In this document: in pieces, positions 53,391 to 64,000 of the stretch | Layout of the letters: every line of letters starts with the position of its first letter | How positions within the stretch are numbered: position 1 is the stretch's first letter | Source: Octopus bimaculoides | Lineage: Eukaryota | Assembly: GCF_001194135.2 (NCBI RefSeq) | Contig: NC_069006.1 | Span: 9,170,237-9,234,236, forward strand | DNA length: 64,000 bases | Direction: 5' to 3' | Program-made: the position numbers and the translations under genes | Notes under the pieces: generated by a model | Told to the model about the DNA's origin: nothing | Seen by the model: the letters and a program-made list of their open reading frames with translations, nothing else | Databases searched by the model: none

Positions 53391-54258
53391 GTATAGCCTG
53401 TATTGACTAGACTGTTGGATGATTATATACTGCTGCTCTTTATGTGATTCCCGTTTTCTCTTGGTTGTGTCATTCTTTTTCATCATACCCTAAATTGTTA
53501 CACAAGTTCATCTTTCCATCATCATGGGTGCCTTCCGAGTGACCTTTTCTGGTCTCTTAGATACCACTTGACAAACTGCATGAGAACCAACTGTTGTCTG
53601 TGAACCTTGTGACAGGTGAATGTATGTGTGTGTGTGTATCCTTGTTGAGATATCGTAATAATTGTAAGTGACATAACAAGTGAGGTATATTGTTTGCAGT
53701 CTTCTGTGAAAAATGTAACTATGGGAGGAAATATTTACTTTGATTGGAAATAGGTGAGGGTTGGTGACAGGAAAGGCATCCAGCCATACATCTACCTCAA
53801 CAAATTCCATCTGACCCAGGCAAGCATGGAAAAGGGGTGTTAAAAGATGATGGTGAATAATTAGTGATGGTGATTGTATTATGATAGATGTGTTAATTAG
53901 AACTATGGTTTGATGTCAGTGTGATGATAACTAGCGACTTTGAGTGTTTTGGGCTTGGAACTAGCTGGAGTTCACTTAATTAATATTGCTACACAATTAA
54001 TTAATTTGAATTATCGAAAATAATTTCTTTCTTCTGATTCATTGATTGATAAAATGTCAGGTTCTCGGTTGATCTTCATTGTTAGATAATTTTAATGAAT
54101 AAATTTAAAAGAAATTTAATCACAAATCAATTTATTTAACATATCCAAGTCAGGTTTTATAACAGATTTTGTCTTGTTTTTCAAATGAGACAGTTTTTGT
54201 CCATAAATGATATTCAGTTCTAATGAAACAAATGTTGATGCATCTAAAACTCTTCTGT

Positions 54259-54875
54259 GAGCAAGGTATGGCTGTGTGGTTAAGAAGTTTGCTTTGCAAC
54301 CACGTGGTTTCAGGTTCAATCCTACTGCATGTTGCCTTCAGTAAAAGTCTTCTAGTATAGCCCTGGGCTGATCAATGTTTTGTGGCTGATTTGGTAGAGG
54401 GAAACTGTATGACAGAAGTCTGGTGCAGGCTTCTGCCTGGCCGGCTCCTGTCAAACCATTCCACCCATGCCAGCATATGAGCTTCCACTCACACATACAT
54501 GTATATGTTGTGCTGGTGCCACGTGAAAAGCACTCAGCCATAAAAGCCATACCGAAACTGACAAATGGGGCCTGGTGTAGCTCCCCAGTTTGCCAGCTCC
54601 AGTCAAACTGGCCCACCGATGCCAGCATGGAAAACGGATGTTAAATGATGATGATGTATGTGTGGGCCTGTGTTTATCTCCTTCTCCACTACCTGGCAAC
54701 CAGTCCTGGTTTGTTTACATCCCTGCAAGTTAGCAGTTCAGCAAAACAGATCTATAGGATAAGTACTTGAATTTTAAAAAAAAAGCAAAGTACTAGAATT
54801 GATTTGTTTGACTAAAACCCTTCAAGGCAGTGCCCCAGCATGGTCACAGTCCAATGACTGAAACAAGGAAAAGAT
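54259..54875 (+). mobile_element. SINE family A copy interrupted by RTE-tail fragments
   Basis: Head/core about 54259-54410, RTE-type tail fragments about 54410-54655, 3' module about 54660-54875. Confidence 0.65.
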
Positions 54876-55424
54876 ATATAGACCCTGATGAAGCTGTGCT
54901 CCGCCTACTGACAGAGATACCAATGATGTGTACCATGAAGCTGTAATCTACAAGGATCAGAGACACAGGAAAATGGTGTTTGCGCTTAAAGGCCTCAGCA
55001 CTTCAAACTCTTCAGCTATTGTTTTAAATCATTTGACATTCTGAAAATAGGTTCCATCTCAACTTCTTTGTTATCTCGATGGTATCAGGAATCTTTCCCT
55101 TCTATCTTCTACTTGTTTCAGTCATTTGGCTGCAGCCATGCTGGAGCACCACCTTGGAGGGTTTTAGAAGAATGAATCAACCCTAGTTCTTCGGGGGGGG
55201 GGGTCCTTTTTTAAAGCCTGGTACTTATTCTGTTGGTCTCTTTTGTTGAACCAAGTTATGAAGTTCTAAACAAACCAACATCGGTCGTTGATCAGTGGTG
55301 GGGTACAAACACATACATATATGATGGTTAACCTGGTACAGCAGAGGGGGAAAAAATCATTAAAAAATAAACATCAAAACCAGTTGAAACATTGTTTCTA
55401 CTGAGAGGATGCATTTAATATTGG

Positions 55425-55630
55425 TTCTAAAATTTAGCACAAGGCCAGCAATTTCAGGGGTGAGGGTACGTTGATTACATTGACCCCCAGGGCTTGACTG
55501 GTACTTATCTTATCAATGCTGAAAGAATGAAAGGCAAAATCAGCCTCAGCAGGATTTGAACTCAGAATGTAAAAATGGACAAAATGCCACAAAGCATTTT
55601 GCCCCTTGTGCTAATGATTCTGCCAGCTCA
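55425..55630 (-). mobile_element. SINE family C copy (CpG-decayed)
   Basis: Reverse complement with many CpG to TpG/CpA changes. Confidence 0.7.
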
Positions 55631-58600
55631 TCATTCTATGAGGATACATTTATGGTTAATTTCTTATTTAGTTTTGTCTTCTTAGTCTTGCAGGCTGCAT
55701 GGCGACCTCACTAGTGCTGGTGCCATGAAAAAAAGCACCCAATACATGCTATAAAAGGATTGACGTTAGGAAGGGCCTCTAACCATAGAAACTATGCCAA
55801 AGCAGGCACTGTAGTCCATTGCATTCTGTCAAACTGTCCAACCTATGCCAGCATGGAACATGGAAGTTAAATGAGAATGATGCAAGACTGAATTTTGTAG
55901 GGGGAATGTATGAAAGATGAAATCAAGCAACTCCAGATTTGAACTCAGAACTATGAGGAAATAAATGTAATGCAATGCAAAATGTAGATTTTTCCTCTGT
56001 TGTTTTAGCCCTCATCCTCCACACCCCTATTGTAGAGTGAGTTCTTACGTGAGCTACAAGGCCTTAGCTTTATGGGACAGCTGTATTTAAGTAAGAGACT
56101 GTAAGTGGAGTTGTCTCTGTTGGCTGCTAGGTGGCATCCATGAAGTATAGTGTGGGTCACCTTCAGTCACAAAGACCTGGTCGTTGTTCTTCTTGAGACT
56201 CCTCTGCCCTGGCCATGGGTTGTTGATACCACTCTTCCACCCCGCTAGTGTGCATTAGTCTGCCAGCTGAAGTGGTGTACTAGGGTGTGACACTTGGAGC
56301 CAACACATAAACAATTTAGGGAGTGAGTGAGTGCTTGTCCCTTCTACCATGTAGGGGACAATGTGCTCTCGACACCAAAGGTATTATATCTACACAGAGC
56401 CTCCCACACTCTGTATGAAATAACCATATGAAACACTATTAAATTGTAGCCAAGCCCTGCAGTTGTCGAAGAAGAACTGGGAGAAGGAAATTTCAAAGAA
56501 ATTTGAAATATTATAGCCTCAAATGGCAAAAAGAAATTGGGTAAAGCAGTTTTACAGAATCAATCAAGCCAAAGCAACATTAAAAACGATGCTTAAAAAG
56601 CAGTTCTTAAGTTTACTTAATGATAACATGTATAAAGTTTCCATCTAGAGGGACAGAGAAATGCTATTTCTTATCTTATTTTCTGGTAGGGTTTTCTCTA
56701 AGATATATATTTATATATTTATACACCAATTTCCTTTTGATGACAAACTATTAATAAATACACTCACTGATATATCTCACTCTACAGATATCTTAAGGTT
56801 ACCACCTTATTCTATTTAAAAAAAAGATTCTGAATGTAGCTCAGCATCCCCTTATAAATGTTTTTAGTTAAAGATCAGTGAAAAAGAGAATACCTATGCT
56901 GAACTATTGAGAAATCTGCAATTTACTCTATCCAGATTACAAGTTCAGGTTTAAACCTGTAATTATTAGGGCCCTGGGATATGTAACACACATACCAATC
57001 TTGAGAAATTAGGCTTCTCAAAACCAGAAAGGAGGAAGCTATCACTGGAACTGTAAAGATCTGTAAAACTTTCCAGAAGTTTATCATTTAAATATATATG
57101 AGCATGTCTAGATATGCAACTACATGCATGAGAATACATACATAAAACAAAACATGCAAGTCTGCACACATACATACATGCATACATATAAACAAAAGAC
57201 CCTGTTGTTGATGTTGAAATTCGAATGAAGGGGCCTTGGATCTAGGTTAGAAACCGGCTCTTTATTGACAAAAAATCTTGAAATAAAACTGGACAATTAC
57301 ATACATATATACATTCTATATATGTGTGTGTATGTGAAAGAGAGAAAGACACACAGATATGTATGCATGTATACATATGAAATATACATACATATAATAT
57401 ATATATGTGTGTGTGTATATATATGAATCTCAAAAAGTAGAAAAAAAAAAGCATTTATATTCTAAAGAAAATTTCTTTTTCCTACCTTTTGCTTATTTAT
57501 TTAAGGTTTAAAAAATGTTACTTTTTCTAGACAGCACCACAGTGAGGTGGAACATGTTCTATAGACAGCTCCATATTGAAGAATGTGTTCCCTGGAAACC
57601 AAACTTACAAACTTGATTTCAATTCACAGTTGGAACTGATTAACCCTTTAGCATTCGGTTTTCTTCTTTTTCAAATGCAATGCTAATTTATTTACATTGC
57701 TTTCAATTAATCCTGAATTATCTCATAGCTTTAAGATTTCAATGATGTGATTATTTTTAGAATGACATTGCAGGGTTGGTGTGAGAGGCCAGGTCTGGCT
57801 GGTTTGAACACAAAAACTGAGATAGAATATTTTGGCTGGATATGGCCAGTTCAAAATTTAAAACTTAATGCAATAAAATTACTATGACTTTTGCTAATGT
57901 TGTACAACCCAGGGTGAAGCCTGGTTGAAGTCTGCTTGATCATAGATGAATGCCCTTGAAGCAGTGATTTTTAAAAAATTATTTTTCGTGGGTGAGAGTA
58001 GGATTGCATTACATAAAATGCCCCTCTTTTTTATATGATACCAGGATGTGATATGAGGGAGACTTGGATGCTAATTCCAGCAGATTCAGTCACTTCATAA
58101 AGACTCCCTCATTGAACCAACTTATATTTTTATAGTTTCATCTGTTGAAAAGACTTAGGAATGATTCATCAAACGGCAAAGCAATTTCTTTGTTTAATCT
58201 AATGTTTTCATTGCGATAAAATTGTCAACTAATAACTCACAACATATCTTATTTTCTCATCTAATTTATCATATGTTCCTGCTTTGACCTGACCTGACCT
58301 GACCTGACCTACCACCACACGAAACTGTTCCTTGTCTTTTTTGTTCTTTTTTCTTTTATAAGGTTCCTTGTTATCTCCAGTTAATAACTGTATCTTCCTC
58401 TCCCCTCTGTCTCTTCCCTGCTCCATCTCTCTCTCCTTCAAATTGGCAAATGACAGAATCTCATATACCTCATACTTGAAAAATATTAATTTTCAATTAA
58501 CTAATTATGGCATCGCTCCTGATGACTTTCCAATTGGCCTTATTAGTTTGTTTGATATCTATCTATCTATCTAGCTATCTCTCTCTATATGTATATATTT

Positions 58601-59958
58601 ATATATGTCTTTACATATATATATGTATATATCTCGTGAAGTATATTTGCCACTTAAATGCGGCTAACCACTAAGGGTGAATGCTACTGTAGCTTGTAGC
58701 CCTAGGAAGACGTCTCCTCCAGCTGGCTATTGACACACTTTCTGTGCCCTATCAGTTTTTCCCATCTCCTGCCTGATGTGACACACGGGAGTGACTGTGT
58801 GATTAAGAGCCTTGGTTCCAAGCCATGTGGTCTCAGGTTCAGTTCCACTGCTTGGCAAGTGTCTTCTATTATAACCTTGGGCCAACCAAAGCCTTCTAAG
58901 TGAATTTGGTTGATGGTTACTAATAGAAGTCTGTTGTGTATATGTATTTTTTTAGTATATATATTTGTGTGTACCCTTATCTTGACATTATGTGATGGTT
59001 ATAAATGAGCAAGCAATTTTCTCCATTTCCAATCTTCTCTGAAAAACATGTCCAGTTGTGGGGAAATATTACTCTTCTTGGAAACAAGTGAGGGTTGGCA
59101 ACACAAAGGACATTTTGCCCATGAAAAATTCTGCCTCAGCAAATTTTGTCCAACCCATGCTAGCCTTGAAAAAGTGGACATTAAATGATGATGATGATGA
59201 TGATGACAATGATTTCCCTTTTTAACATATATTCCCATGTTGTGATGGGTTTGATAGGTCTGCGCCACAGAACATGTGTCGCCATCCTAACTGTAACTCT
59301 GACAAATGGCCTCTGTAAGTCTGAACAATCTAGTTGCGTACAACTCCTACAAGGTCTACCTAACACACCTAACTCTCTTCCTCTCACCACACCTTACTGC
59401 ATCACCTCCACTAAGCCCCCACACTTAGCATTTTTCTCAGTTCTTCCTCCCTGGGGTATTAACCATCCCAGCCACATTTTTCTTTAAAAAATAATAAAGA
59501 ATTTAGTAAATAACTTTATCCTTATTTAACTAATGTTTGGAACATAAATTAACAAGAAGTTTTAATGGAAGGTTTTTGTAAAAAAAATTATATCACTTTA
59601 AAACAGGAAGTTTGTGTCACAGAAGCAGGGGTGGTCACAGGCAGATTGGTGCAAAAAAAAAGTTAAAGTTACCTTCTTGAGTCATGCTGACTCATAAGGG
59701 CCCGTTTCCTGGTTTCCATGGCATATAAATTCCCCACCTGGACAGGATGCCAGTCTATCGCAGGATTACTCATTTTTCCCAGGTGAGTGGACTAAGCCAT
59801 GTGCTTCCACTAAGTGCCAAAGGGGTTAATTTTGCTTAGTCGACCTGTGCACATACAAATGTTTTTAAAGAAATTTCCTTCAGTTTATTCTTAGTTTTTA
59901 AAACTTCAAATTCTCACTAAAATATTCTGATATATTTTTGCTTTTTTGTTTATTCCAG

Positions 59959-60252
59959 AAACTTGAAGATTCAATCTTAAAAGACAGCTGCAGTTTCCCG
60001 TCAAAGATGGATGAGTCAAATTCTTTGACTAAGGCAAAAATCCGTGAAATTATCACCAAAAATCTCGGTGGTGATAGTTCAAGCCATACTTACATGGCAG
60101 CAAATTCTCAGACACCATCACATAATTTGGATGTGATGCAAGAAGAGAACCGTCTCCTCGCCATGGAGCTCAACCGAGTTGAAGACTTACTGTCTGCAAG
60201 TCGTGCTGAAAGAGATGAGTTAGGAATCAAATATAGTGCACTAAGTGACCGG
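59959..60252 (+). CDS. CROCC: Rootletin (ciliary rootlet coiled-coil) internal coding exon, equivalent to vertebrate exon 2; 294 nt, phase 0/0
   Basis: Acceptor ctttttttgtttattccag| and donor CGG|gtaagt. Translation KLEDSILK...KIREIITKNL...[39 protein letters not shown] aligns, from memory, to human rootletin TLESSVL...LIREIVTRNL...[39 protein letters not shown], with matching exon borders. The next exon was not found before the window end. Confidence 0.93.
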
Positions 60253-60284
60253 GTAAGTAAGATAGCATCTATCTTTTACTTTTT

Positions 60285-60640
60285 ATTTGTTTCTTTCAGT
60301 CATTGGACTGTGGCCAAGCTGGGACACCACCTTGATGGATTTTCATCCTCGTGCTTTTTCTATTGGTCTCTTTTGCCGAACCACTAATTTACTAGGACAT
60401 AAACAAACCAACATCTGTTGTGAAGTGGTGTGTATGTCTGTGTATGGGACAAACACAGACCCAAACACACACACATAAATTTGTTACATGATGGGCTTCC
60501 TCACAATTTCCTTTTACCAAATCCACTCACATTACATGCTTTTTAAAGTCTGATGCGTATTCTGTCAGTCCCTTTTGCTGAACCACTAAGTTACATCAAC
60601 TAACCAATATTGGTTGTTAAGCAGCGGTGGGGGAACAGAA
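60285..60640 (-). mobile_element. SINE family A copy/fragments starting about 33 nt after the CROCC donor
   Basis: Reverse-complement 3' module, linker and partial core. Confidence 0.7.
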
Positions 60641-60655
60641 ACACACATATATGTA

Positions 60656-61101
60656 CAAGTTGTTGTCGACTTATGACCTATTTGACTTGCAACCAATCGA
60701 CTTTACGACGATTAGTGCATCAGCTCCCAGCAGCAATAATAAATAGTCCAGTTGAAATGTAATGGGTTTAATTTCTTAGAAATTAACCTGTCTACAGGTG
60801 ATGTCAGCTATCAAACGCTTACCCTAGGTTTGGTTATTGATCACCACTGTGGTTATCCCAAGTGTTGGATGAATATCCTGTCGCAGAGGTAACCTTGTAT
60901 TTGTTTATAAGACAACTGCTTAAAACTCCGAAATTTTTGACTAATGCCAACATAATAGTATAATACAGAATGCTGTGTATGTTTTTCACCTGAGAATGTT
61001 GCTTAAGAATGTAAAAATATAAAACAAAGCAATGTAGGCCTATAGGCCAACTTATGACCAGTTAGTCGGAGCCAATTGTGGTCTAAGTTGACGATAACCT
61101 G
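60656..61101. mobile_element. Tigger/pogo-like (Tc1/mariner) MITE
   Basis: TA-flanked; TIRs CAAGTTGTTGTCGACTTATGACC / GGTCTAAGTTGACGATAACCTG. Confidence 0.75.
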
Positions 61102-61141
<40 letters not shown>

Positions 61142-61143
<2 letters not shown>

Positions 61144-61314
61144 CATACATATAAGAGGGATGACCACTAAGTGAACATCCATTATGCTAGGAGAAGACCA
61201 CCTATGGTCTGACCACTAAGACAAGATCTTTTCTTAGTGGTCAAAAAACCAAAGGTGGTCTTCTTCTAGCATAATGGATGTCCACTTAGTGGTCATCCCT
61301 CTTATATGTATGTA
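61142..61314. mobile_element. Near-perfect 173-bp palindromic (foldback) MITE
   Basis: About 80-nt arms tacatacatataagagggatgaccactaagtg... with few mismatches and one small indel. Confidence 0.8.
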
Positions 61315-61413
61315 ATTTTTCTGAATCTTCAGATTTTTCAATATGCTAGGCCACTGGTTTTAAATTGATATTAATCAAATTAATATTCAATTTTTCACCC
61401 TTATTATTTAAAT

Positions 61414-61452
<39 letters not shown>

Positions 61453-61461
61453 TACATACAT

Positions 61462-61960
61462 ATGATTCACTGGATGTGTAATGTCAGTGTGCACACACAA
61501 CAGAGGGTAAATGCTCCGAGAGAAATGTTGGACATAAGAAACATCAGATGTGGTGTGCAAGAGAGACGACTACGCTAGTATGGTCATGTACTACGGATGG
61601 ATGAGGAGAACTGTGTGAAGAAGTGTCACTCCCTAACAGTGGAAGGAATCCATGGAAGAGGGAGAGCCAGGAAGACATGGGATGAGGTGGTGAAGCACAA
61701 CCTTCAAACATTGGCCGTCACAGAGGCGATGACAAGAGACTGAGACCTCTGGAGATATGCTGTGATTGAGAAGACCCGGCAAGTAAAGTGAGATCACAGC
61801 CATAGCCTATACCAGTGTCACATAACCAGCCCATTTAAAAGTACTTTTGAATCACCTGACTGGCTCCCATGCTGGTGGCACACAATAAGCACCATTCATG
61901 TGTGGGTTGTTGCCAGTACCATCTGACTGGCTCTCCGTGCTGGTGGCATGTAAAAAGCAC
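61462..61960 (+). mobile_element. RTE-clade LINE 3' fragment (degenerate RT C-terminus plus 3' UTR)
   Basis: Translates ...LDIRNIRCGVQERRLR*YGHVLRMDEENCVKKCHSLTVEGIHGRGRARKTWDEVVKHNLQTL...RD*DLWRYAVIEKTRQVK*, typical RTE WYGHV...GRGRP.KTW motif with premature stops. Confidence 0.85.
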
Positions 61961-62496
61961 CATCTGAATGTGCCCAAAGTGCCATGCAGAAGGGCTGAAC
62001 CTGAAACCTTACACCCAAAAAGCAAACTTCTTACCTCACAGCCATGCCTGAAGAAATCAAATTTAATAACTTCATTGCCATCCCTCAAGCCATCTAAAGC
62101 TAAATCCCTTGAAATTTGGCTTGAAATAGATGAGATTTTTATTAAAATTTTCATGTAAATAAATTTTAATACACATCTATAAACGATATAATTTGAAACT
62201 TTGGCATCAGAAAATGCACAAATTGATTACTGTTGAGTAATTCCTTAATCTCTAATTTCAAATTATACTTTACAAATCCTCTCCCCCCATCTATCTCTCT
62301 CTCTCTTCATATATATATATATTTTTATATATATATAGTAAATCCAAAAACGAAGAACAAACACAAGAAAACAACAACATGAGCATGTGGTACATGTAAA
62401 GTATGAGCAGACACTCAGGGAAGGAAAGAAAGGTTAATATTTCGAGTAAAGCTCTTCTAAAGAAATAGCCAATGATTCACATGTGGTTACATTTTG

Positions 62497-62544
<48 letters not shown>

Positions 62545-62989
62545 AGCTCAGGTAATGTGAAATTTCCAGGTTTCCAGTCAAAGTATAAACAGCTTCTCAC
62601 ATGGATCAGATTGCAGCAAAAGATAAACAAGGAAAAGAAAAGATAAAAACAAAGAACATGTCATTTGCAAGGGGTTTGTAATATGCTTGGGGTGGAGTGG
62701 GGTGGGGGGAGAAGCTTGTTCTGTTGAGTGTGGTTTGTGAACACGAGAAGAGAGATCAAGAGCAAGGGAGTTGAGTTTGTGGCTGTTTAGGAAAAAGAAG
62801 CATTACTTTGTGTGCATGGAGGACAAACAAAGCAAAAAAATGAAAAGAAACACAAAAAAAATTTGTGTTGTTCTGTTATCGTTGTTATGTTCCTTTTCCT
62901 TCTATGTTACGTGAAGGGACGTGGCTGAGTGGTTAGGGTGTTTGGCTTAAGGTCATAAAGTCATGTGTTCAATTCCTGGTGTTCAATAG

Positions 62990-63290
62990 GGTCCAGTCAA
63001 AATCAACTGTCATTATTACACTTTCTGGCTGGATTCCCAAATGTAACTATGGATATTACCCAACTACTTCATTCTCAGTTCACAGTCTACCCCTAGGTCT
63101 CCTGCCAGTTGGCTCAGGTGAAGAATCCATCTTGTGATTCTTTCCTGTGGTATTCTAATAAGATGTCTGCAGTCACAAAACTGACCTCTCAATGCAGAGA
63201 AGTAACGGATTGACCTGGAGAGACTCCCTGATCTCTGAACTATGCAACCCCCTCGAGTAACATTACTCCAGAAATCTTTCAGATTTGGTC
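62990..63290 (-). mobile_element. Degenerate RTE-like RT C-terminal fragment (different subfamily)
   Basis: Minus strand reads RHLIRIPQERITRWILH, then after a frameshift EPTGRRPRGRL*T. Confidence 0.6.
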
Positions 63291-63305
63291 ATTTGTATAA
63301 ACAAT

Positions 63306-63645
63306 GTGAAAGCGCATGGCTCAGTGGTTAGAGCATTGGGCTTGCAGTCATGAGGTACTGAGTTCACATCCCGGACTGGGCTGTGAGTTGTGTTCTTGAG
63401 CAAGACACTTTATTCCACATTGCTCCAATTCACTCAGCTGCAGAAATTAGTTGTGACATTACTGGTGCCAAGTTGTATCGGCCCCTTTGCCTTTCCCTTG
63501 GATAACATCGATGGTATGGAGAGGGGAGGCTGCTATGCATGGGTGATTGCTGGTCTTCCATAAACAACCTTGCCCAGACTTGTGCCTCGAAGGGTACTTC
63601 TAGGTGCAATCCAATGGTCACTCATAACCAAAGGGGGTCTTTACT
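63306..63645 (+). mobile_element. tRNA-derived SINE family B, complete copy
   Basis: A box TGGCTCAGTGG, B-box-like gagttcacatccc, body cttgagcaagacactttattccacattgctcc, tail agggggtctttac. Homologous reverse copies elsewhere in the window. Confidence 0.85.
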
Positions 63646-63734
63646 TTTTATATACAATCATATTTACCACAGGTGAGGATGGGGACAAAAACTGAATTGA
63701 CGGTAGTAAAATTGACTTGTTTTCCCTATGTTTC

Positions 63735-64000
63735 CTCTTCCAGAGTTCAAATGCTGGAGCTGGTCCATTACTGGCATGGGTTGGACAGTTTGACCGGGGC
63801 TGGTAAGTGGAAGGCTGCACCAGTCTCCAGTCTGATTGGCTTGGTTTTCTACAGCTGGATGCCCTTCCTAATGCCAACCACTCCGAGAATGTAATGGATG
63901 CTTTTACATGCCACCAACATGGGTTGCCATTTGTATGACGCTGGGTTGCTAATACGTGCCGCCAGTACGGGTGCCAATTTGCATGACACCAGTATCTGCC
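63735..64000 (-). mobile_element. RTE tail-type element (cut by window end)
   Basis: Reverse complement of the same tail. Confidence 0.7.

Noticed and set aside
54880-55020. CTGATGA followed by GC-containing sequence; also GAAAC-ATTT-GTA at about 14676
   Set aside because: Could not find the partner core half with a pairing stem II; not called hammerheads.
63306-63380. tRNA-like heads with A/B boxes
   Set aside because: No complete cloverleaf or 3' end; they continue into SINE bodies.
60253-64000. Search for CROCC exon 3 (QRQAQLVQ-type motif)
   Set aside because: No matching frame behind any acceptor; presumably beyond the window.

Overview
Eukaryotic, AT-rich, very repeat-dense scaffold segment with nine N-gaps. 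Its tRNA-derived SINE families, RTE tails and TA/TG microsatellite density look like an octopod (Octopus-type) genome; this is inferred from recalled repeat families, not from a search. Almost the whole window appears to be the 5' end and giant first intron of a plus-strand rootletin (CROCC) gene. A phase 0/0 coding exon at 59959-60252 clearly matches vertebrate rootletin exon 2. A candidate start-codon exon at 11176-11304 ends in LEKIIQ (human exon 1 ends LETVIQ). A second candidate first exon at 32162-32347 lies inside a CpG-retaining domain. The rest is three SINE families, RTE LINE relics, hAT, Tigger and TTAA-specific MITEs (several nested, with visible TSDs), Penelope-like tails carrying minimal hammerhead-like motifs, and microsatellites. 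Nearly all ORFs in the supplied track are repeat artefacts. No rRNA, tRNA, CRISPR or intact transposase/RT gene is seen. The most interesting signals are the hammerhead-like relics with a non-canonical core, the possible alternative CROCC N-termini, and repeat-recorded CpG-retention domains. I found no strong evidence of a wholly new biological system.
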